A stretch of DNA of 64,000 bases from Haliotis rufescens (lineage: Eukaryota), in NCBI RefSeq assembly GCF_023055435.1, contig NW_025963924.1:8184001-8248000 (forward strand), given 5' to 3'. Positions 39,701 through 51,777 of this stretch are shown piece after piece. Position 1 is the first letter of the stretch, and the number at the start of each line of letters is the position of its first letter. The position numbers and the translations under genes are program-made. The notes under the pieces are model-generated. The model ran no database searches. It was not told the DNA's origin and saw only the letters and a program-made list of their open reading frames with translations.

Positions 39701-40579
39701 TATACTATATTTATAACAAATGTTGAAAATCCAATTTGATAAGGCGTCCACAAATATTCTTCAAATGCACGTAACTCCACATGGTATTATATCAGGCCTC
39801 TGCTCATTACGTTTGTTGGCAGCGATGTGATAGGTGCACATGAATATATATAATACTTATAATTCGTAATTCCTTTAACTCCATTCGTACATATTTTGAT
39901 GGATACCCACTGATTTCCCGCAATAGATGTTCAATACGGGCCGAATGATAGGCCCCAGTCTTGAAAGATAAATCCACTTTATGATCTCTCTGAGCTATGA
40001 ATCACCAGATAAAGGATTAAATTGCAACTGAACTAAACATTACCAAACGTTTGAATCTAATGCAATCTCTCTTATATCGGTGCTAGTTCGTGTGTCGGCT
40101 ACAGATAGCTACTCTTCGTTTCTGAAGTCTGACAGAAGAAGTTCCAAGAAGCTCCAATGAATCAGGATACCAAAGCGTTGAGGGAAGGGTCTGTATGTAT
40201 ATGCTTTTGACGCGGTCTCAACCGTATCGCGATTTAATAAATGGCCAATATGCATTGTATGTTTGTTTTTGTTCTTGCTTAACACAACACTGCGATTTTG
40301 CAATTAGATCGCGGCGGCCTGTAAAAAGTCCTGTCTTGACTAACAAAATCTGTGATTGATATTATGTACAACGTCGCACCCGTCCGGAAACGACGACTCC
40401 TACGACAAACATAAGCTAGGGACCCATTCTCACCTGGAATCCTCACACGGTTGCCATTATTGGTACCAACAGGTGTAATGTCATACTGTAGGTCACGTGC
40501 AGTCAGTGAAGTATATTGTACTGGCAGAAAAAAAACTCATTTTGAAAAAGAAAACGAATAAGGTCTCCTTTCAGCTACG

Positions 40580-40798
40580 GACCCATGAAGGCGATTATGC
40601 TTGTCGTAAGGGGCAACTAACGGGATCGGGTGGTCAGACTCCATGACTTGGTTGATGCATGTCATCGATCCCAATTGCGTGGGGCGATGCTCATGATATT
40701 ATCACTGGATTGTCTGGTCCAGACTCTATTATTTACAGACCGCCGTCATATAGCTGGAATATTGCTGAGTGCGGCGTAAAACAACCAACCAACCAACA
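40580..40798 (+). mobile_element. Short retroelement family B
   Basis: 11-bp TSD tttcagctacg at 40569-79 and 40799-809. The paralogous empty site is at ~23534. Confidence 0.9.
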
Positions 40799-41027
40799 TT
40801 TCAGCTACGTGAGTTAACATAGAGACCACACTTGGATATAACCACTATAGAGCAGTGTTCACACGAAATGCTTTCCTGTAAGTAATTAATAACTCGTGTC
40901 CTCGGTGTTTAACATTTCCGTGACAGATCGTGATAATAGCACTGGCAACTTTATATTCCGATGGTTCTATATGCAAATATCATGAGTTCCATATCGGAAA
41001 TGTTTTTCGAAACAAATGGCTTGTATC

Positions 41028-41450
41028 ACTACGTTCTATGCAGAAAACGTAAACATACTGGATGTCGCGCAATGACACTTATGGTATGTCCTCAGTTGAA
41101 AGTATCAGATTCTACTTTCTATGCTGATAACTTAAACGTACTGAATTTTGCGCAATGACACTTATGGTATGTCCTCAGTTGAAAGTATCAGATTCTACTT
41201 TCTATGCTGATAACTTAAACGTACTGAATTTTGCGCAATGACACTTATGGTATGTCCTCAGTTGAAAGTATCAGTTTCTACTTTCTATGCTGATAACTTA
41301 AACGTACTGAATTTTGCGCAATGACACTTATGGTATGTCCTCAGTTGAAAGTATGAGTTTCTACTTTCTATGCAGAAAACTTAAACGTACTGAATGCCGC
41401 GCAATGACACTTATGGTATGTCCTCAGTTGAAAGTATCAGTTTCTACTTC
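41028..41450. repeat. 83-bp tandem repeat, 5 copies
   Basis: aatgacacttatggtatgtcctcagttgaaagtat starts at 41071, 41154, 41237, 41320 and 41403. Confidence 0.95.
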
Positions 41451-41681
41451 CGTGTGGTTAATCGGTATATTGTTGATGTGTATTTGTATGAAGTGCTTAT
41501 ACAATGCTACCTGATACTGACATCGACTGTCACTGTCCATTAATTTGAAATACACCATACACCTTATAATATTAATACTGCTATTCCAGGATACTAAACA
41601 GAACCAACCATCAACAAATTTTATTTAATACATGTGTTATTCAACCCATAAAACCGACAAAACCCTTTCCATAATCAAAAA

Positions 41682-41835
41682 GGACGGTGGGGTAGCCTTG
41701 TGGTTAAAGCTTTCAGCAGTATCACGGCGGGGACACCAGAAATGGGCTTCACACATTGTACCCATGTCGGGAAACGAACCCGGGTCTTCGGCGTGACGAG
41801 CGAACGCTTTAACCACAAGGCTACCCGACCGCCCC
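41682..41835 (-). mobile_element. SINE family A with an inverted copy of its head in place of the tail
   Basis: 41682-41710 is the near reverse complement of 41806-41835. Confidence 0.85.
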
Positions 41836-42774
41836 ACATGGATGACAATGTTTATCGGCATCTAATGTAGGTATCAAGAGAAATACTCTTTTTCAATATG
41901 ACTTCGGGATTGAGCAAAATCCAGGACATTAAAAATAAAAGAGCTCAGGACAGATTATTCGAAGTCGTTAGATATCTTGTACGCCTTGATCATGTTCAAT
42001 ATGTTAGAATCACCATGGAGTCATGCACTCTTAAGCCTTAGTTGTTACAATCCCGGAAAATGATTCTTGCAATCCACGAAAGTATTTCTGTACACGTGGT
42101 CAGCTGTGATAGAAACACGTGGTCAGCTGTGATAGAATGTCATTGGTCCTAATACTCCCCTTTGGTAAGAAATACACAAGTATTCCCATTGTAAAGTGTT
42201 GATGGAAAGAAGTGTCAGATGTTCTTATACCTTTATCTGGACTTTTTCTGTGCAGAGGAAGTAACTTAGCACGGCAAACAATCCCCAATGACCTATCAGT
42301 TCCTATCGGAAAGAGATAGAAGAGTGTCTTATCAGCAGTCTTGTTTTGATTAACAGTCCTCATTGTTTTAATTCCCTTCCTAATACCACCTGAGCGCCTT
42401 TTCCGTTCAATAAACTTTTCGTTTTACTTAACAACAGTTGAACGGTTTTCTCTAAGTTTTTTTCTTAAGACATATATTTCTTAATGGTACGTCAAACAAT
42501 TATCACTTGTCCAGTCAATACATCATGTGTCATTTGTGGCAGGTACTGTTTACCTGGGTTGAAGATTGTATTCCTTGTAACAGATTTATCGACAAATAAA
42601 ATAACAGAATGCTGAAAAAGACGCATCTGATTAAAAAACGACTTAGGTAACCGTATAACCCTTCGTTAAAAAACATTAATCCCACGCAAAATAGGTTTTT
42701 CAACAAGCTGGAACGAGCGCCATCAACGCGACGAGGGAGTCATTGAGGAACAAACTTAAAACACAATTAACAGT

Positions 42775-43625
42775 ATGTGTTAGAAGAAGAAGTCGGCTGG
42801 CCTGAAAAAAGAAACAGAGAAGACTTTCTGTTTGCTACTCAGGACCTGTCACGTCCCACTCAAAACCGTCAATGTGTGATATTGCATCAACATGTTAAAA
42901 TGAAATGTGGATTATGCAATGAATTTAATGAGACTGTCCAACACATTGTGAGTGGATGCCCAGCTTTGGCGCAAACACAGTATCTTAAGCGACATGATCG
43001 AGTGGCTCGATTCTTTTATTACCGTCTTCGCCATGCTTGTGTTTTTGACACAGAAGTCCATCCATGGTACGACCCAGAATATGTAGAGGGCGTAGAGGGA
43101 AAATGATAAATACAAAATTCTTTGGAATAGGCATGTAAGCAGCCTCAGACCAATCCAGGCTAACAAACCTGATCTTGTCCTGTTTCATAAATCCAAAGAA
43201 ATCATTCATATCAGTGCATTTTCTGTCCTTTTTGACACTAATGTGATTATCAAGATTCAGGAGAAACGTAACAGATATGCGGACCTCGTTTTTCAAATGT
43301 CCCGCTTGCATCCCAAGTATCAAGTTGTTCGACTCCCAATTGTTCTCGGTACCTTAGGTTTGGTACCTCCCAATCTGTTGACTGACATTGGGAGACAATA
43401 TGTGTTATGCAGAAGGCTACAGTGTTGGGGAGTCTTCACTTCTCCGAAAGGTTCTGGCTGGGTTTGATTAGGCAGTCCTGGACGAAGTCCCATCCTTTAT
43501 CTTGGCTGCGTGTAGAGGGCGCAAGAGCCCTGAGCTGATGATGAGCCTAACCAGCCTGACTATGCCAGGATCACCCAAACCCTCTTTGCTGAATTTTTTA
43601 AATTTTATTCTATATAATAATAAAA
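42775..43625 (+). mobile_element. 5'-truncated non-LTR retrotransposon with restriction-like endonuclease (R4/Dong-like)
   Basis: CGLCNEFNETVQHIVSGC zinc knuckle, RHD, NKPDLVL, EKRNRY, PIVLGTLG and QKATVLGS across frameshifts. Ends near taataataa. Confidence 0.85.
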
Positions 43626-44704
43626 GAATGCGATTCGCCGAATGTACATACTGATACGTGCTCAAAGCTACTACATAAATATTACCCTGTAAATGGATCA
43701 CTGTACACTCGATTTTCATTCTCGCATTGGTGGGGAGTATACGATCAAAGCACTACATTCACATCACCATCCCACCGAGTACCAATTGACTTCTGGGTGA
43801 ACATAGGCATATTTCGAGCAAAGTCACTTGCCTAAACAGTGTTTCAGTTTGGGGACAGATTAAAGGCCCTAGAATGAGTGAGTTAGAATTGAAGTCACGT
43901 TGGTAATATTTCAGCCATATCGTGACTGGAACATATTTTACATCAATAATATCTAAAAATATGTCGACGATGGACAGTACAATAACTACAACATTATATA
44001 GTTATACAAAAACTAGTATTAGATAATGAAACAGGTTATAACTATTATAAGAAATTACAATCTACAAACGGGCCGAAGATTGCAAGCTCAACACGGTCAC
44101 TCGTCCACCTTTTCTCCCCGACAAACGTTGCTGGAATAATAACTTTTTTTAACTGCACGATGTATTACACGTACCTGTGTGACATGTGAGCTGCACGCAG
44201 GATTAATATTATGTGGTTAAGTGTCACGACGGCGTGCAAGGATAACATTCATCTGTACAAGTTCAAGGCGTCGATAGTTCTTCAGTAATCTTCATTTTCC
44301 ATTTTGTGAATCGATGTGTGGCAAGGTACAGGAAACCAATCTAAATCAACCACTACTGCAGACCTTCTTATTGATTTTTGCAAAATAAACATAAGGAATC
44401 TAGGAAATTCATTCTTGAAAATCAAATTAGACATGCCGAAAAATCACACAGCCGATCAATTATTAAGATAGAAGAATTGCATTCCATAGATGAGAAGAAG
44501 CATTCATGAAACAAAACATCTTGAAGCCGAATGATACACGTTTCAAAGGACTTTGGCAACAGGCAGACCAAGATCATGCTGCAATAAATGACATTGTTAG
44601 GCTGCTTTTTACGGGACGATTGCAAGAAGAAAGTTATATTGGGGCCGAACATTGATATTGGGGTTGAGTTTTTCCCTTTTTTAAATTGTTTATTTATTTG
44701 CGCG

Positions 44705-44768
44705 TGTGTGTGGTGGTGGGGGGTGGGGGTGGGGGGGGGGGGGGTGGGGGGGTGGGTGGGTGTGTGGT
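44705..44768. repeat. G-rich simple repeat (GGGGT / poly-G)
   Basis: Directly visible. Confidence 0.9.
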
Positions 44769-44940
44769 AATTCTGGGGTGTTTTTAATTGGGTTGTGACG
44801 AATGTAAATGTATATTTTCTGTCTCATGCAAATGTCCTACCCAGATTATGAATTGGTCGCTCTTATATTTCACCCAGGTCATCAAGACACTATACCCAGT
44901 GCAAAAACAGTACGTACAGTATTTACATACATCTTATACA

Positions 44941-45184
44941 CCGTGAAGATCCGGGCTAGAATGGATCTTAAGGCAACCCATGCTTGTCCTGAAAGGCGAC
45001 TATGCTTGTCATAAGAAGCGACTAAAGGGATCGGTTTGTCAGGCTCACTGGCTTGGTTGTTGCATGTCATCGTATCCCAATTGCGTAGACCGATGCTCTT
45101 GATGTCAATCAGTGGATTGTTTGGTCCTGATTCGATTATTTACTTGAATATTGCGTGTGGCCTTAAACAAACAAAAAAACAAAC
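44941..45184 (+). mobile_element. Short retroelement family B, diverged full-length copy
   Basis: ccgtgaagatcc head through ttaaacaaacaa tail. Confidence 0.85.
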
Positions 45185-45310
45185 ATAATTATTAGTTGTG
45201 ACACAAAGAGTATGATTGCATACACCAACAGTGACATACATACGGTATTGGGTGTGACACTAACAGCGGGTTTACATACTGTATAGGGTGTGACAGTAAT
45301 AATGGGTTTA

Positions 45311-46440
45311 ATCTCAGAAAAGAACCATTTTCCATTGTGTCAAAACATTTCCTTTATCTAATAGGCTTTAGTTACAAAACGTGGTGACAACATAAACAGT
45401 TACGTATCTATATATATTCGGAGGTTCAGGACAATTTGTCAAAAATCTGAGGAAATACCATCTGAAGTTTACTGAGAATACTGTATGTGAAATGCTGGAC
45501 TTCCTCATTGATGACATCAATGTAACAAATTGGCGCAAGACATTTAGGCAAGAAACAGGCTCCACTTCTTGCAGATCTGTTTCTTTATGCATATGAGTCG
45601 GAATTCCAGCTCGGATTGGCAAGGTAATTTGGCAAAGACGTTTAAGTTAAGCTTCAGATATATCGATGATCTGATATAGTACAATAACCACCAAATAGCC
45701 AGTTCCCTTCCACTGATAAACCCACCTGAACTAGAAATAAGGGAGAACAGCGAGACCGTCTGGTCTGTTTCAAATTTAGCTTCCTGCATAAAGATTTAGA
45801 GTGACAAAACACTCTCCACAAGACAAGAGGGATGATTTCAACTTTCCAATAGTCAACTTCCGTCCATGTCGAGCAATATTCCAGCAGCTCCAGTCTTTAA
45901 TATTTTCATTTCACAACTTTTGAGATAAAATCGAACATGCTCTTTCTTTCAAGATTTCAAATAGCGTGTACAGCTCTTGCTCAGAAGTTTACAACATGCA
46001 AGGCCTCAGAGCTCTCAAAACATCAGTAACAAAACATGTCCGATACAATTCCCTATTTTGACTTGAACCATCAATACGTTCCCTTGTTTTTTCAGGTGAA
46101 CAATTGACTTGCCTTTGCATGTGTTTGTGACGGGTACACCCGGTGGGACAGGATACGCTAACCTTTTCGCGAACACCTGGTATCATTACTACTTGGTAGT
46201 GGGGCGGTCGGGTAGCCTAGTGGTTAAAGCGTTCGTTCGTCACGCCGAAGACCCGGGTTCGATTCCTGTGTAAAGCTCATTTCTGGGGTTCCCCGCCGTG
46301 ATATTGCTAGAATATACTAGTAGCTAAAAGCGGCTTAAGACCATACTCACTCACTCACTCACTATTGGGTAGTGATTCATAAACACCTGCTTATGATATA
46401 GTCGGAATCGTAAAATCGAGATTTTGTCGTTTTTTATTTA
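45311..46440 (+). mobile_element. Penelope-like element RT remnant and 3' end, interrupted by a SINE
   Basis: VCEMLDFLIDDI, SFRYIDDL, PPELEIRE, DKRDDFNFPIVNF, SSNIPAAP and FISQLLR across frames. Confidence 0.85.
46201..46360 (+). mobile_element. SINE family A inserted in the Penelope-like remnant
   Basis: A and B boxes and ACTC tail. Imperfect TSD actacttggtagt / actattgggtagt. Confidence 0.88.
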
Positions 46441-46464
46441 CATACGCTTTTAGGATATATTCGG

Positions 46465-49432
46465 TTTATGGTGTGACAGTAACAGTGGGTTTACCTAAGG
46501 TATAGGGTCTGACACTGATAATACGCTTACATACGGTTTGAGGTATGACAGTATTAGTGGATTTACATACGGTATAGGGTGTGGCTCGAACAATGGGTTT
46601 GCGTACGGTATAGAGTATGGCTTTATATATGGTATGTGGTGTGACACTAACAGTGGGTTTACATATAGCTTGTGGTGTGACACTAACAGTGGGTTTACAT
46701 ATGGTGTAGTGTGTGACACTAACAGTGGGTTTACATATGGTGTAGTGTGTGACACTTACAGTTGGTTTACATATGGCATGTGGTGTGACACTAACAATAG
46801 CTTTACATATGGCATGTGGTGTGACACTAACAGTTGGTTTACATATGATGTAGTGTGTGACACTAAAAATAGCTTTACATATGGCATGTGGTGTGACACT
46901 AACAGTGGGTTTACATATGGTGTAGTGTGTGACACTAACAGTGGGTTTACATATAGCTTGTGGTGTGACACTAACAGTGGGTTTACATATGGCATGTGGT
47001 GTGACAATAACAGTGGGTTTACATATGGTGTAGTGTGTGACACTAACAGTGGGTTTACATATAGCATGTGGTGTGACACTAACAGTGGGTTTACATATGG
47101 TTGTGGTGTGACACTAACAAAGGCTTTACATATAGCATGTGGTGTGACACTAACAATGGGTTTACATATGGCATGTGGTGTGACACTAACAGTGGGTTTA
47201 CATATGGCATGAGGTGTGACACTAACAGTGGGTTTACATATAGCATGTGGTGTGACACTAACAATGGGTTTACATATGGTTGTGGTGTGACACTAACAGT
47301 GGGTTTACATATGGTTGTGGTGTGACACTAACAGTGGGTTTACATATGGCATGATGGTGTGACACTAACAGTGGGTTTACATATGGTTGTGCTGTGACAC
47401 TAACAAAGGCTTTACATATAGCATGTGGTGTGACACTAACAATGGGTTTACATATTGCATGTGGTGTGACACTAACAGTGGGTTTACATATGGCATGTGG
47501 TGTGACACTAACAGTGGGTTTACATATGGTTGTGGTGTTACACTAACAGTGGGTTTACATATGGCATGTGGTGTGACACTAACAATGGGTTTACATATGG
47601 CATGTGGTGTGACACTAACAATGGGTTTATATATGGTTGTGGTGTGACACTAACAGTGGGTTTACATACGGTATGTGGTGTGACACTAACAGTGGGTTTA
47701 CATATGGTGTAATGTCTGACATTAACAGTGGGTTTACATATGGTATGTTGTGTGACACTAACAAAGGCTTTACATAAAGCTTGTGGTGTGACACTAACAG
47801 TGGGTTTACATATGGTTGTGGTGTGACACTAACAAAGGCTTTACATATAGCTTGTGGTGTGACACTAACAGTGGGTTTACATACGGTATAGGATGTGACA
47901 CTAACAGTGGGTTTACATATAGCTTGTGGTGTGACACTAACAGTGGGTTTACATATGGCATGTGGTGTGACACTAACAATGGGTTTACATATGGCATGTG
48001 GTGTGACACTAACAGTGGGTTTACATATGGTTGTGGTGTGACACTAACAGTGGGTTTACATATGGTTGTGGTGTGACACTAACAGTGGGTTTACATATGA
48101 TGTAGGGTGCGACACTAACAATGGGTAACTTACATATGGTATGTGGTGTTACGCTAACTGTGAGTTGTATATATGGTGTAGGGTGTGACACTAACAATGG
48201 CTTTACATATAGCATGTGGTGTGATTCTAACAATGGCTTTACATATAGCATGTGGTGTGACACTAACAATGGGTTTATATATGGTTGTGGTGTGACACTA
48301 ACAGTGGGTTTACATACGGTATGTGGTGTGACACTAACAGTGGGTTTACATATGGTGTAATGTCTGACATTAACAGTGGGTTTACATATGGTATGTTGTG
48401 TGACACTAACAAAGGCTTTACATAAAGCTTGTGGTGTGACACTAACAGTGGGTTTACATATGGTTGTGGTGTGACACTAACAAAGGCTTTACATATAGCT
48501 TGTGGTGTGACACTAACAGTGGGTTTACATACGGTATAGGATGTGACACTAACAGTGGGTTTACATATAGCTTGTGGTGTGACACTAACAGTGGGTTTAC
48601 ATACGGTATAGGATGTGACACTAACAGTGGGTTTACATATGGTGTAATGTCTGACACTAACAGTGGTTTTACATATGGTATGTGGTGTGACACTAACAGT
48701 GGGTTTACATATAGTATGTGGTGTGACGCTAACAGTGGGTTTACATATGGCATGTGGTGTCACACTAACAATGGCTTTACATATGGTATGTGGTGTGACA
48801 CTAACAGTGAGTTTACATATTGTATGTGGTGTTACACTAACAGTGGGTTTACATATTGTATGTGGTGTTACACTAACAGTGTGTTTAGATATGGCATGTG
48901 GTGTGACACTCACAGTTGGTTTACATATGGTATGTGGTGTGACACTAACAGTGGGTTTACATATAGCTTGTGGTGTGACACTAACAATGGGTTTACATAT
49001 GGTTGTGGTGTGACACTAACAAAGGCTTTACATATAGCTTGTGGTGTGACACTAACAATGGGTTTACATATGGTTGTGGGGTGACACTAACAAAGGCTTT
49101 ACATAATATAGCTTGTGGTGTGACACTAACAGTGGCTTTACATATTGTATGTGGTGTGACACTAACAGTGGGTTTACATATGGTGTAGTGTGTGACACTA
49201 ACAGTGGCTTTACATATGGTATGTGGTGTGACACTAACAGTGGGTTTACATATGGCATGCGGTGTGACACTAAAAGTCGCTTTACATATGGTATGTGGCG
49301 TGACACTAAGAGTGGGTTTACATATGGTTATGGTGTGACACTAACAGTGGGTTTACATATTGTATGTGGTGTTACACTAACAGTGTGTTTAGATATGGCA
49401 TGTGGTGTGACACTAACAGTGAGTTTTACATA
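46465..49432. repeat. 36-bp satellite, ~80 copies (TGGTGTGACACTAACAGTGGGTTTACATATGGCATG)
   Basis: Directly visible. Contains 35-bp variants. The variant block aatgtctgacatt recurs 648 bp apart (47711/48359). Confidence 0.98.
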
Positions 49433-51520
49433 AGGTACAGGCATGCTATGTCAAGCATGACAGTTCTTCCAAAGAGCGTTATGTAACATTAATATATATC
49501 AGCAATGCATCGGAATTTTACAGAACAGTCTTTTGGCTAACATACGTGTATAAGGACAGGACAATTTTGTTGCTGAAAATCCAACATATTAAATCACACA
49601 GAACTAAAGGACAATCAGTGGTAATTATGTTTATAATTCATGAGTTTTCAAAAGTGCTAATTTGTAATTTTCCGATGCTGCCATAGTGGAATACCGCCAA
49701 CAAAAGTGTCGTTGTTTTCGTCATTTTGCCTTAGATATAAAGGTAATTGGAGATAACAGACAAAATATTAAAAATTGTATGACAAAACACAGGATAGAAT
49801 AATAAGTGTGATAACAGTATTCGACGGAATAAAATGTACATAGACTGTACAACACATACATATATATTGCCCTGGAAACGATTAGAGATATCACTGATGT
49901 CTGGCTCAGATAAGAATTCGATTGCCCCTGCATTATTGTCTTAAGTCTCCATCCAATACATAATGGGCAGATCCACATCTTTATAGCATCAATGGCATAG
50001 CCATGAATGAAACACATTCACCTCGAATATTTTTCATTTTTTGTATGCTTGTTTCTTAAAGCCGCACTCAGCAACATTCCAGCGACAACTTTATGAACAA
50101 TGGCCCACGTGAAGAATCAAACCCGGACGAAGACGAACGCTTTAACCTGTGGGCTGATCCACCGCTCCCATTTAAAAATGAAATGCCCATAGAGGCAGCT
50201 GGAATAGATTATCAAAGTAACAAACGGCTCGGGTCACAACAACTTAAACTATCCTCATGTAATAATAAATTAAGAGCTTATTTCATTTGGACAAATACGT
50301 GATGATCTTGCCATAGCATTCAAAGTTTTAAAAATAGTACATATGTAATCTTGAGGTGGAATAACCATCTAATTTTCTATTTTCTTTGTCAAGAAAGAAT
50401 CCTGCTTGAGTGAGTGAGCTGGGATTAACTATGGAAAGTTGTCCAGTTATATACGGTTTGTCGGTTTGATGTTGAAATTCATTATTGCACAGATAACAAC
50501 GAACGTTAACTTCTTTGCCAATCGGTGACACAGCAGTTCTGTTTACAACTCGTGACACAGGGTAAGGGTATTTTGCATCAGTGAACGTCTACACGAACAG
50601 CCCAAGAGAAGGGTTAAGAAGAGATGACCCGGAAACCCACATATTAAATAACAGTTACATGTGGTCAAACAGGTTTATGTCTTTGAGAGGCATTTAGAAG
50701 TTTGGAACAGTATTGCGTGTATGTGTATCTATTATCTAGCAAACACAAAACACGGTTAAGATAGGAAAAAAACTTATAAATAAAATTCATTGAGTAGAAG
50801 TGGCATTGGATTATATGTGTACTGGGCCATTTTGTTGTTTTAAACTGTAAATGTCGCAGACAAACAGATAGATAGTTTATTTAAGTCTAACCTTAGGTAC
50901 ACCTGTAATATAAACAGGTTAAAACATATACAAATATATACAGCCAGAGACAAGTATATACAGTATGAAGCAATACCTAATTTATTTACATGAAAGTTAA
51001 TATATCTTTTTAATATATGCACGTATAAAATTCATAAAATCTATAAGGCACTAGAAATGTATTTCCATCAACTACATTAACACGCGACGGCAAGATAGCA
51101 TATTGGCAACGTTGGAACATACTTTTTCGTTTAAAATTACAATCCTTATTTCTGTACATTAGTTAAAGGACATTTTTTGTAAAACAAGCAAAATATCCAA
51201 AATTTGAAGATGGCATTTAGAGCCTCGGTGAACGATAACAATGCTTGAATTATTTAACACCCTTGTCTGTGTCATTCCAACAGTGACATAGGCAATTGGT
51301 GCAAGCGACTGGAGCGTGTACGCGCCGGAAGTGATCATACGCCTACATATCTGCCGCTTAGAGCATGCGAATCAAGGGCAGATACTATGTTTCCAATAGA
51401 CCCTATTAATACTTACTTTTTATGCAAATTGTGTGTATGGTGGGTGCTACTGGAAGGGCAGGTCATGCTTACCATTTTCGCCAACACCTGGTGTCATCAC
51501 TGATTTTCAGGGATCCCTTC

Positions 51521-51777
51521 TCCGGGGTAGACTAGGTCCTCAGCAACCCATGCTTGCCGTAAAAGGTGACTATGCTTGTCGTAAAAGGCGACTAACGGGA
51601 TCGGGTGGTCAGGCTCGCTGACTTGGTTGATGCATGTCATCGATCCCAATTGCGTGGATCGATGCTCATGATATCAATCACTGGATTGTCTGGTCCAGAC
51701 TCGATTATTTACAGACCGCCGTCATGCAGCTGGAATATTGCTGAGTGCGGCGTTAAACAACAAACCAACAACAACAA
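51521..51777 (+). mobile_element. Short retroelement family B
   Basis: TSD cagggatcccttc / cagtgatcccttc and (CAA)n tail. Confidence 0.9.

Larger units (their letters stand above)
34980..44600. repeat. Partial, more diverged fourth copy of the unit, fragmented by retroelements
   Basis: Unit-homologous blocks at ~35000-35130, 37590-37700, 39000-39400, 39790-40170, 40440-41050 and 44200-44580, in the same order. Confidence 0.7.

Noticed and set aside
46465-49432. 36-bp periodic array as a CRISPR array or a Cys-repeat protein (WCDTNSGFTYGM)
   Set aside because: No unique spacers, no cas genes, eukaryotic context. Frequent 35-bp units break the frame.
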